Source: Balanoglossus misakiensis
Lineage: Eukaryota > Animalia > Hemichordata
DNA: 64,000 nt
Direction of reading: 5' to 3'
Assembly: GCA_040954595.2 (NCBI GenBank)
Contig: CM082581.2
Span: forward strand, 5,944,699 to 6,008,698
In this document: one piece after another, positions 12,001-24,900 of the stretch
How positions within the stretch are numbered: position 1 is the stretch's first letter
How the letters are laid out: the number at the start of each line of letters is the position of its first letter
The notes under the pieces: generated by a model
What the model was told of the DNA's origin: nothing
Databases searched by the model: none
The model's input: only the letters and a program-made list of their open reading frames with translations
Program-made: the position numbers and the translations under genes

Positions 12001-15000
12001 AATATTCTTAATTTTGAGTATACAACTACCTTAACAGTGTTTTGTTGGAGATTATGTCAATCGGCCAAACACATAAATGTCTGAGAACATTTCAGTGATG
12101 TAGATGGGTTTTATTACTGGTCAGCAAGGAATACAAACAGCTAGTCCAGGCACATAAAACTTGCACATATAATGTGTGGGCTTTTTATGGGATTACCAAA
12201 GGTCACACGTTGAGTTAATTCGGGGGTTGAATTGATGTGTACCACCTCATCATGAGACTCACTGGAACATTTCTTAAAGCTATCTAGAGAAGACAAGAAA
12301 CTGGAGTTGGTACTTGGAGAAAAATACTGCTAAAATTTGGGTTGCACTGGGGCTTTCATATCGAGACAAGTGACACGTACATCAAGTGTCTGTGCAAGTT
12401 GATCTACCAGTCCGAGAACAACTAATAATGTTTCTAATTAGTGATATATATATTTGAAACTGATCAGATTGGTGCTGGTATCGATGGCTTTCAACATACC
12501 AAATGAAGTGTTCTAAAACTGTTTGCATTTTGCCCAAAGCAAAAAGTCAGTGCATAGTCTGATTGTGGCTACTATAAATGTGAACGGCCAACGTTCCTGA
12601 AAAAATCACATACTGAGCTCTAACTGATGGCTTACAGCTATGTGAGGTCACAGTGTCTGGTTCATATGGAGATTCCACAATAAATTCGTGTTTTTCCTTC
12701 CAACCAGCGACCATTTGAGCAAAACCGTAAATGAACTTGAGGTGGAAGTTGTTTGATCAGCAGTCGTGCACGTTTTTTTCGGGGCACATCAAGTGGTCGA
12801 CCGGGTCAAAGATCGTCTGGAAGCCAGTAACACCTGCGAGTAATTAGACCACATGTGTGCTGTAATCTTGAGCCTGGTCTTCCTTCTGGATGTCTGACTT
12901 CGACTTGTGTTTCCATTGCAATACTGGTTTATTTTACTACGATGGATGAAAGTTGTAAAAACAGCTGTGAGGTGTAATCCTCAGTTTTGGGCTGGAACCA
13001 CTGCATTCACTGATTGACTTGATTGTACACACTGAATTTTACTGTGGTAACATATAAAAGTGCCGAGTGAAGTTAATTGATCGACACGCTGTCATTAAGT
13101 AATTGATCTGAAGACAGGGTGAGATTTCATCAAGCTGTTCCAATTTATCACCAAACTTTAAGGTCAGGTTAGCCAAATACAGAGGTAAACTTCTGTCATA
13201 TCAAATGTCGCATACACATAAAAAAGGTAAATTATAGCACTTGCAATTTTACATTTCTATTGAGGTACCCAAGGGACTTATAGTTTACGTTCAGAGCAAC
13301 TTGATCCAAACAAATTTCTGAATTTACAGGCCGTACATCTGCTGGAATTCGCAAATCGTGTGTGCCCCACGTTGCGTTCGATAGTCTGTGAAATGTTTCT
13401 CACACTCCGCCAGTGAGGCAGGGAATTTATAGAAATTTCTTTGCGGTAGCCTAGCCCTATTGATACCCTTTTACATCAATTGGATCATGTGGATAATTCT
13501 TCTGCGTCATCAGTTTAAAGTTTGTTGCGTCAGTGATGTGTTGTATTGCGTCGGCTTGGAGGGCACAGTCTGAATGAATTAACAGAAATCTTCATGGATA
13601 ATACACCAACTCCCACTGGAAAATGTTCAACGCATTGCTACCTGACATTTACTGACAGTGAAAGTCTTTAAACTCCATCAAATAGCTGTAACATTAGCAC
13701 ATTTTTTATATCATTTTCTTTAACCCAGCCAATTGGTCATTTTGCAAGTTTTGTGACCTCTGGATGTGAAACATTCAAGCGAGGAAGCTTGAAATTCAGT
13801 GTTTTACTATAAACAATAACGAGAGCCTGTCCTTGTGTTAGTATGTAATTATCTTGCCCTTGTGTGTATTTTGCCCGTGGGTGATATTTCAGCCAGTCAC
13901 TGGAGGCAACCCCAGTTGCACTCAGAAAACCCGTGGGAGCAGACCTCAAGGGACCTCTCGCATTTGCACAACAAATAAAGACATGCCCACAAGTTGACTC
14001 ACCTTAAGGGCACATACTTGTTGATTCCACAATCTCTAAAAGGTGCTACATAACTTCAAGTGATGCGTGTACATGTGTGTGTTTGTGTGACAGCTAGTAC
14101 CGGTGTATTGTATGTTTACAAATCACACACTTTGAGAGGTAGTATATGTTGTGATTTGTGGTTGGGATTCCAAGGCAAGGCCAGTGGAGCATTCATTGCT
14201 GTCAAGATGTGTCTTTGCAAATTTGATGATTGGGGGGAAAGTCAAGAGTGTGATTTGTTTCTGTACTTCAGCTGTTGGTTGTTTGACAGTGATATTCTCC
14301 TGGAAAGGTACATAATACATACACTCATTATATTTTGATAAAAATTCAACACCTAGGTTTCCTTTCTCCTGTTTTTCCACTAATAATGTTTTGACCCTAT
14401 CATTCATGGTGGCAATTGGCCAGACCTATACAGGGAAACAGGGTGTAAATTGTTGATTTGAACCAATCTATACATAATCGGGTTAAAGGCTAGTGAGCTT
14501 CTGGAAATTACTAGCCTAAAGTACGGACCCTCTTTGTACAGTCTGACTGCATATCCGCTGTTTGTGATTCTTCATAAAATTGTACATTGTCGTGCGGAGA
14601 ATGGGACGTTTTGAGAATGTGCAGTGAGGCGCGTTACATCGCATGCCAGACTTGAGGACACTGTGTTCGGAACCAAGTCACCTATGAACTGCCGGGGACG
14701 TGGCCCCTCCCCTAGACAATTTTCAGTCAATAGGTGTAATGTTCATCAACCCCCCGGGTTACAACCCCCTCACAATATTTTTAGTACAGAGCGGTGCCTG
14801 AATGTTTGTCCAGGTCTCTGTATCAGCCAGTGTCCTGTACTTTTTAAAGTCGTGGACTGGATATGATAAAAGCCGTGTGTGACTTGCCGTCAAGAAGGAT
14901 CGCAGAGTCTATATCTTTTGTGAATTAACCCAGTCATGGTCAGTGCTAATACGCCAACCTTGAGATCGAAATCTTAAGTGTATTATCTTATCCTCTGTCT

Positions 15001-15166
15001 TTTGCCGGAATGTTAAAAACAGTTCACTGCACACACAGGGACAAATTCCATGCTTTAATTTCCTTTCATTGACGCGCAGTTTTACAGCATATTTTAAGTG
15101 TTAATTATAATTGCGCTGATAATTATCGCAGGTGTAGCGAAGGACTTGATTCGTCGCAGCATTTTA

Positions 15167-15928
15167 ATGGAGTTGTCCGTTGTATTTCAGTTGCAGCAGC
15201 TGATCGTCAGCGGAGGGCTGTCATGCGCTTGGAAGGAGGGCGGGAGACCGGTTGGTCAGTGGTCGGACTGGGAGGGACAGTGGGGGAGCAACAGTTGTAA
15301 ATCGGACGAGGAGACGTACACCTATGAACGCGGCAGAGAGAAGAGAAAGATGATGATGGAAAGACGTCGTCGTCTGAGGCGCTCGCTGCCCTCGGATCTC
15401 GGATTAATCGACATCCAGTCCAGCGAACGCAGCGGGAAGGTCCCGGGAGGGGCGCGGGGAGACGGCGTACGCGAAGTCCACGAAATCGGCCCGGCCAGGT
15501 GCGCGTACCGGTACCGACGGAAGGGCCAGGCCGTTTGCAGCAGGTTCCCATGGCAATGCGACAACCAGGTGGACAGCGATGAGGACGAGCTGCTGTCGTA
15601 CAGCCGGCATCTTGGTTGGCCGGAAAGTAATCAAGGAAAAACGGGAAAGGTGTCATCCGTGGAAAGTGTCCATGGAAAGTGTTTCTCCGCAACGGTCGAC
15701 AAACTGCCAGACTACCTACCCAAAGGGTACATAGAACTAAAGAACATTGCCAAGCTGGTGAGAAGGCAGTACCACCAATACGGTCAGTTGTATGGCGTGG
15801 AGGCAGACCAAGTCAGTGCTGAGAGACGGGCCAGACAGTTGTACGTCCCCATGTGTATGGATTTACCAAGCCACAGCTGTAAGGTCTGCTACGTCAAAGA
15901 TCTCTACGGGACAGAGCTAGCCAAACTG
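15167..15928 (+). CDS. PLCE1: PLC-epsilon N-terminal coding exon (start uncertain)
   Basis: GC/CpG-rich 294-codon open frame ending at CTG|GTATGT (phase 0). It joins in frame to the acceptor at 20343 (TELAKL|[10 protein letters not shown]). ATG at 15167; alternative acceptors at 15132 and 15191 are possible if further exons lie upstream. Confidence 0.7.
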
Positions 15929-18900
15929 GTATGTTACATTTACTTGCTTCAGAAGATTAATTACCGCTTACAGAGAGATTGATTGAGTCATCGAGATTTG
16001 ACAAAAGATAATGTTTTCTCATAAATGTCTATCTTGCCATTGGTGATATAGTGATACTTAAAAAAATGTTAGTTCCCACGACAGATTGTAGAAGAAGTAG
16101 CTATAATGTAACTTTTAAAACTTTGCATGTTTTTGTTCTGTCTTTCAACTGCTCACACAGTTGTGATGAAAATCATTCAAAGTCTTCAGCTTGTCAACAC
16201 GGCCTTTATTGTTGTTATTGTTGGCATTTAAATTCCAGCCTTGATGACAATTCAATAGTCATCACAGACAACAATGCACATTACACACACACACGGACTG
16301 CAAGTAGTCATTGAAATACAAACAAATTATGCAGAACAATAAGATTGTACAGATTAATTGATTTAATGGTAAATGAGACAACCCTGTAGACCTTATCCAA
16401 GAATGTCCTTACATGTAATTTCTTGTTAAAGGGACTAAAAAGTAAGATATGTTCATTTATGATTTTGTCTCAATGTCAAATATACATTCAATACATACTT
16501 AGGAGTGGGTTTCTTTCCCAATGCATGGCTTGAAGTATGTCAACAATTACCTCCCAGCTCTTTACACCAAGGTTCAATGTCCCTGAGGTCAATGTCGCAA
16601 TTTGAACCAGTAACCATGCTGAGTGTTTAATGTATGATAGGTTTACATGCTATGTGAGTGTACAAATAATAGCGAAACATTTCTGTAGGGGTGCTTAGTT
16701 TCATTTGTTTAAAACTGTGTTTGGAGTGATACCAGTATTTGGCTTTGAAGAATCTAAAGACATTCCGGGGGTGTCTGTAATCTTAAGTGGCATAGCCATC
16801 CATAAAGCAATTACTACCAGTCATTTCACACCACTTATCTGCTTATACATCTTCTTGCAAATCTCCAGTCTGCACATGACATACTCATGAGCTAGTGTAC
16901 AGTCAGTGGAATGTTAATTGTGCTAAGTAAACATCTGATGTCACCTTTGCCTGGTTTTGCTGCATGCATGTCCGCACATCCGTACAAAATTAGCCTCTTT
17001 ACTACTTTAGTGGCCATATCCTCTGCAACAACTGTCGTGGTGAAAAGTAAAAAATGCGACCACCTGTCTGTCATGCTCCGTAAATTCCCAGGTGTCGAAT
17101 GGGGTGTTTTGACACTGCCATAAAAAACACACCTTCATTCATCGTATCACCCTGAGACAGCAATAAATAAATAAAGTTTTAGAAATTAGAAAAAAATTGC
17201 GCAAGTTTGACTCGAGAAATGTTTTCGGTTGCCTCTCTCAGTCATAACCTTTGCGAGATGAGAGGAGGAGGCTTATGGTTGTGAGTTGCATCCAAGCATT
17301 CCAATGGCCTGGATGATTTGTGTAAGTCGACAATCTGATGACAGCTACATCTTACTTTCCTAGACATCTAAATTAAACTGTTTCTCAGACAGTGTTTGAC
17401 TGACGTACATTGCATTCCCTTGCTGAGACTACACATATGCTGTACATGGAATTATCTGTGTCAGCTTTGGGACAAAGTTATGTAAATAAAATACTTCAAA
17501 AATACAGTTCGTTCTAGTTATCATACTTTTTTATTGTGTCACAGATTTTGATGACATGATAGTACAGAGACGGTATCTTTGTTGAGATAATATATTAAAT
17601 TTCCCGTCATTGTGGACGCAGTATATATATTGAAGTTGGGGTGGTACTGACATTAACCTGATGCAAATTTATTTAAATATCAAACCTAATGATTTCATAC
17701 TTTAAGATATTAGTGGAGAGTTGATACATCGAGCATGTAATCAGACCTAAAGGTATTTTGAAAATGCCGGCATGTTTGATTTCAATGTGTAACTGTCTGG
17801 AGATGAAATTGTTCATTCATACATTAATACTACATGTACATGTCGTTGTTCAATCTAATTAACTGTTGAAAGAATTGGACAAAGTCAGATATTTGGGTAT
17901 ATATTATTTCATTGTACAAAACCCTGGCAGAAAAAGTCCACTGAAATTTTTTTTCGACAAAAAGGACTGAAGCTGAAAGTTGGAAAAGTCCACCTACAGT
18001 TTGATAACTGAATTTCCTAGCCAGTATTTATAATGATTTTCAGTTTTTGTAAAAATTGCTTTGACCTTTGAAAATAGAAACAGATATTTGATGGAAAGGA
18101 ATATTCAAAATTATATTATATAGACTACATAATGTCAAACTTCTTGGTCTAATATGATATAAATGGCAACAGTTGAAAGCCTTAATGATCAGTTCTTTTT
18201 CAGGTATTATGGGCTGTTTTACCCATCATGCATTTCATTTGTTAAGTTAATGCTTTTAATGAAATGTTCTTTAGAACTTAAAAAGTCTTGAAATTGTACA
18301 GCCAAAAGGTTCAGAATAACAATTCCGGGTTGTTGAAAGCTTTTTCTAAATGTTTAACATTTCTGGTGCAGTCGATGGTTATTTATTCAGTAAAAGAATA
18401 GTCAAATCTAAATGTTTTGTGCACGCCACTGATTATTGCCTGTCAACACAGCGTGTTTTCGAGCTGCCGACAGTGTGTATTTACATCCTACACTGAAAGA
18501 TCCGTTGGCTTGCCGGTGGGCTGTGTGTCCTTCACCCAACAAGCTCCGTGGTCAGCCCGTGTTAGAGAGACCGGTGAATGCTCACAGTGCCGGAAGAAGA
18601 AAAAAAAACACCACTCGGATCTCAAAGTCTGATATGTGCCCGCTGTATCCGAGGTGTGTGCACCTGCATTGATGACCGGAATTTTCTAAAATCGGACCGA
18701 CCCACTGGGTCCGGGCTTCAAAGGCATTGCTGGCATACTTGGCACTTTGTTCCACTCTGTCCGAATCGAACCGTTTGTTGGAGGTCGGTCGGTTCATGAG
18801 TACACATCGCTGCAGCGTGCAGACGTGTTTATGGCTGTTTCTGGATCGAGGCATGACTGAATGGACTTGCTGATGCAAATAAAAAACGCGATGAATTACG

Positions 18901-21900
18901 CGACACGTACCTGCGGCAATTTGCACTATTTTTGGCTGATTCGTATTTCTAATTAAACACACAAGGGTCACCGCATCCAATAATTGACTCTGAATTAAGC
19001 AGATGATGTGAAAAATGGCTGAGTCAGTACCGGTATTTCTTTGCCTGTAATTACCTGTGGTAGAAAATATTTCAGGTCACAATAAAGGAAAAACTGCTTT
19101 TTCTCAAATCCTTTCAATTCAAGTGAACATTTTGACCTGATAGCTAAGCTATTATCTCCCCATTGTCTCTGATCCAGTCTTGTAAAGTCATGTTTATGCC
19201 GTTGATGGCATTAAGTCTGATCAGACACATTAACCAGATTTATATGGTAATTAAACTTCCAATCTGCTCAGAAAAGATTTTGATGATTGCAGACCGAGAA
19301 GCAATCACTCACAAGGGAGCAGAAGATAGCCTCCATTATTGAGGAGTTCACTGAGCTGAGCAAGCAACCTGGGAGAGTATTTACCCCGTTTGAAATTATT
19401 TCTCGTTATTCTCCTTTGCCACTGGGAAATTGCTGAAATGTATCGATTTGATTGCCGCAAACTGTCTCCCGGTAGAGAGATGGTGAAAGTAATCACACAC
19501 TTTAATAGCCACCCACTTTGCCGAATTAACCCCCTACTGGACTTCTCAGTGAAACCACTGTTGACATTTCCATTTGTTGCAATGTTTCAAGGAGGAATTT
19601 TTCGCTCCCCGTGGAAAGCAAACCACAAACTGGCCTCTCTGCGGATCAAAACATGGCTGCATGTGGGAGGTAGGATTGCTATTTAGTAAAACCCACAGCT
19701 TGATTGGATCACAAACGGTGACAATGATATATGGCTAGTTATTTCTCAACATCTTGATACTCAATTGCAGTGCAAAATATTTTGAAGCTGTCCTGTTTCT
19801 TACATGTACTATTAAGGTCCACAGATTGCAACTAGCCACGAGTGTATTGAGTGGAAACTGGCATTCTTTGAATGGATGTCACTCTTCACTCAATGTCACA
19901 TAACTTTCACAATCAAGAGGCTTATTAAAATGAAAGTTTCTGGATTATGAGATGAGTTGCCCGTGGGCAAGGATACTGTTTGTCCTTCTTACTGGTCATG
20001 TGCATTCTGGAAAAAAATTGCCAAAATTTTTTACTCTCATATCATACAAGCAGTTGTGTGTGGTTGAACATTCATTCACTACATATACACATACAGATTA
20101 ACGTAAACAGTGTCTTGCATCAAACATTATTAATGGAAAAAGGGCAGCGATAGAGAGACTTTGTCCCTTCATTTGGTATCATAATTAATGTTATTAATAT
20201 ATGACTTTTGCAGAATAGAATGGATACACATTTTTTATTCCTTTCAATCATATGATATGATATGCAACTGCCAAATGGAGAAAAACTTTTTGTAAATCTT
20301 GTAATTTTGACTTACAGTATGTTTTCTTTGGTCTAAATCTAGGCAGAGATGTTGCCATATATCAACTCAGGAAACAAAGGCCTGTTGAGTAGCTCCAGCA
20401 AAACTCTGACAAGCTGCGTTTCTGGCAGCAAAATACAGGAATTACTCAGCAGGGACGGCCGATCAAGAGAAACGACAATTTTTGAATTTCGCACAAACCA
20501 GTGGGTGGTCCAGACGCCATTGGAGTCCTCTCTGAAAGCGATCTCCACGACTTTGCGGGACTCGATGAGAAATCCAGAACGGGGCAAAGGGAGGAACACA
20601 AAGGGAGATGATGCCAACAAAAGTTCAAGTGAGTTGTGAATGTATATCACCTCTCACAGCGGTGTTTTGGTTCAACCGTATTGTTTTGAGTGGCATGGGT
20701 CAAACCATTTACACAGGATTCAGGGTGACTAGCATTAATCAGGTCTACATTTTCAAAATAAAGTTATAATTTTTTGTGTGCAAATTGAATCTACTCTTAA
20801 AATTCATAGTAACATTATGACTGATATTAAAATTTGAATAGATACCAAACTCCTGTACATGTGTTAATTCTTGTGGAAGAATTGTTTTTTTTTGGAGAGT
20901 GTGCTTTTGTTTTTATGTTCCACTCATACTTTGAAAACAGTGGCAAGACTTTGTTAGGACTTGTGTTGTAACGACATCTGTGACTGCTGTAACAGTTACT
21001 GTTTTCTGGAAGTGTCAGTTATTTAAGCTTAAAGATATTTGTGAGACCCGCAGTGCCACAGAAGATGTTACTATTCTTTTGCTAAACAAGAACCAATCTT
21101 TCACTCTAGGTGACGACAAAGCAAAACATTCCAAGATGTACGCAGAAGACTTGCGACAGAGCGAGAACCTTCTGCATTTTCCAGAAGAAGTGGCGTATCT
21201 TCTCACGGACACAGAGTATGAAATATTTAACAGTATCCCAGCTGTGTGCTACATACGACACGTGACAAATGACATTACACAGAAAGGTCTGTTGCTCAGT
21301 GATGACTCGGGGCCAACTGTACAAACACTGGTAGATAGATTTAATGAGGTGAGTGTACTATTTTATGTGAAGTAAATTTATGAATAATAGCCATGTATTG
21401 ACCAGGCCTCTGTATTTGAGACACTGAGATGAATTTCTTTAAGAAGATGCCAGCTGGTAAAGTTATAACAATCTTTGCATACTTGAAAAAACAAAAGCCC
21501 CGTCATTCTTTGTCCATAGAGGGCGCAAATAAAAAAAAACGCCACACGTATACATGTAATAGTCAGATACATATGCGTCATTTCTGATTAAAAGTGGTAA
21601 TACAGTGCTGCATGCTGTTAGCAATCTGTTTGTATCATCTTCGTTAAATTGTTCTAGGTAAGCTCTTGGGTAACCAACACAGTTCTATGTGCCAAAAGCA
21701 ATGAGGATAAAAAGAATGTGATAGCCAAGTTAATACGGGTTGCCAGCGCATGCTGGAATATTGGCAACTTCAATGCTGTCATGGAAATCATATCAGGACT
21801 CAGGTGAGTACAGGCAATCATATTACATTTGGGGTTTTAAAGTGCCATTTTGTTGCTATTATGGAATTTATTTTTATTTTTTTGGTTATTTTTAGTTTAC

Positions 21901-24900
21901 CTAAATTATCGTGGTGTTAACGAAAATTACTGAAAGTGGTTTCAGCTCAAATCTTTGTTTATGTGTATGTGGCCATGGTGCTGGTATGGGAATATATGTA
22001 CTGGCATGATATAATTTCTGATATTGACAAAAACTGTTCATTATATTCTATTTAAAAAAATACGAGTTCAGCAACATTTCATAATGGCATACACACAGGT
22101 TGGACTGGTTGAAACCGCTGTGGCTACAGATGCCAGTCTCCGCCCAGGAATCAATGAACACCTTGAGGGAGATGATGAGAGCGGACGAACAGCTGTATCG
22201 AGACGCTGTGGAGAAAGCCCTCCAGACCACGGGGTGCAAAGTAGTGCCCTACTACGGATGGTTTGTGGATGAGCTGAACAAGATCTTCAATGATTCCATG
22301 ACAGTGCTTGCAGTGGATGTGTACAACCAACATCGAATTGTGGTGAGTTCAGAAGATTATCGTTTTTTTTTGCTCATTGTCTACAGACTGTGTTAAGGAT
22401 GAACATAAACTGGAAAACTGCACGTATTTGTCTTTTTCCATAGGATTACATTGAGAATAGCTAGAAAACTCACTTCTACTTTAGTCATTTTCATGAAATT
22501 TTACACATATGATAGCTCAGTCAAGTAAACATAAATTCATTGGTAAAAAAAATCGGAGTCACTTCGCTCTATTTTGAGATAAATTGTGTTACAATTTTTG
22601 CCCATAGACAAACCATTGGTGAAAAATGCTGATTCAGCAGTTTTCTTCTTTTATTGACTAAATTATATAATTTTTTTAAATTTCAGCTCATCTCAGAATT
22701 CCACGGAGAAGACCAGTTTTTGTCACGGATTGGAGCAGGAGGAATAAGTAACAAGGAAAAAGTGAAGAGGGCGCATTGGGTTTTGCATGATATACAACAA
22801 TGCCAAAAACAATGTGCAATGTCCACCAACACTGCCAGTGATGAAACACTCACTAATTCCAGGTATTTGATATTTGGTAGTTGTGTTCTTTTGAGGGAGT
22901 CTTCTGTTTGTTGTATCAAAATAATTTATAGGATTAATGGAAGTATCATTTGTATGAATTCACTGAAATCAGCACTCACTTTAACCCTTTCACCACCATG
23001 GTTTGGTCCAAATCCATTGTTTTCTATGGTGAAGTTGGATCTCTAAAGAGGGAACTGGGGGGTGAAAGGGTTAAAGTTGATGACAAGTTCTTTTTGTGCA
23101 GTTTTTGACTGGTGTTCTGGCACACTTTAAAATCTTTTTTTCTGTTTTCTTTTGGTTTGTAGAGAAAATTTGTTATTGTGCACAGGTGAGAATGACGGTT
23201 ACATGGAGACGTGGTATCCAGTACCGACACGGGAACCCCCCAAAGTGCAAGTGATTTGGGCCAAGCTCGCCCGACTGGACACTTTCAACATACAGAGCAT
23301 GCACAGGGGAACCCTGTGCGTTCACTGGACTCAAGACAACGAACGCTCGGCCGTGTGCCTCATCAAACTCAACCGGTGCAATTCCGTTCTGCAGTGGACA
23401 AAGTACGGCGATTACATCCGATCGGACTCGGACCCGTCGTTGCCGTCGCTAGCCAACCGGTACTACCAGAGATCGGGGTCGGCGATACAGGACGGGCTGG
23501 AGGAAGGATTCATCGATCTCACGTGTGCCAAGGACGTCTTTCTGGGGTGCAACGAGGTCGACCTGACGGCCGTGTCGCGCCGGCATTCTCTGCAGGACCT
23601 GTGTCACCAAGACCACTGCTTCTCCATCCTCTACGGGAGCAGCATCTCCGAAAACAAACTGGTTCACTTCGTGGCGCCCACCTGCACCGCCAGGCTGTGG
23701 TACCGCGGATTGAAGGGGCTCATCGAAGCCAGCAAAAGACAGCAGAGGTGTTATGCCGACCGGAGGATAGCATGGCTGCAGAGAGAATATTTGTCTCTCT
23801 ACAGTGATAACGATGTTGGTCCAAGTCCCACAGATGCAATAAAGGTAAGTTTGAACGACATGAATACATTTTATAGGGAATTAAACAAATTATAGAAAAT
23901 TGTAATATCTGAATTATTTGCTACCTGTCAAGGTCTTTGGGGGAAAGAACTGGTCCATGATGACTGGACCACCGAGTTACAGAGAAAAAACGAATGCAAC
24001 AGAAACAACCAACCTCAAGAGAAGTGGCACCATGACAGCAAAATTTAAGAAGAAAGGTATTTCGAAGGTGAGTTCACTATTCTTAACAGTGCATATAAGA
24101 ATCACAGTGATGCTTAGTTCCGTTCCCATAGCTTCTAGTGAATGATAGTTAGGAAGTATTGTTGATGTAATATGAGGTATGTAACCATATACCATTGATA
24201 CATAATAATTTATCGTTCTGTATGGGTAATAACTAATGCTCACAAATAGACTTCATGAATTTGCTAACTCACATCATGCTTTGGGTAAAGTTGGGGGCAA
24301 GACTGAGAGCTGGTGGTGTTAGTCAAGCATGTCATGTAGCTATTGCAAGCTGAAATCACCATATTCTGTACATCATATGCCCGTAACACCAGTGAGTATT
24401 TGCTTGTCCGTCATGTTCTTCACTGTAAAGCACATGGTCTTGAAATATGATCAGTGCTTTGAAAGAGTGTAAACTGTAAATGTTTTGTTATTGCAGGAAG
24501 ATAAATTACTCACAAGTAACTTCAAGAGAAGTGACAGTATGAGATCGATTAAAATGAAGACAAATCATCTGAAGTCACGGGAAGCTGCCAATATGCCAGG
24601 TAGGTCAAACTTGCAACATTTTTACAAATGTTTAGGATTGAAAACAGCAAATGCACACCTAGTCTCATATATATGACCATTTCAGACTTTTATAACGTTA
24701 ACTTGAGTACACATGTATAATGTAAATTTCCAGAACTTCTGTGTTGGCATGAGATCGCTGATGCTCTCATAGGTTTAGCCATTTTGTATTTAATATCAAC
24801 ATCTACTGAGAACCATCAGTCTACTAAATGAATGTATTGTTTTCTCTCATTAAATCTATATACATGTAGTTCACCCGTGGGCGTGACATGTAATTTTGTA

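Noticed and set aside
23211-23807. 198-aa alternative-frame ORF and antisense ORFs over PLC exons (also 15207-15692)
   Set aside because: Shadow frames of GC-rich coding exons with no recognisable motifs.
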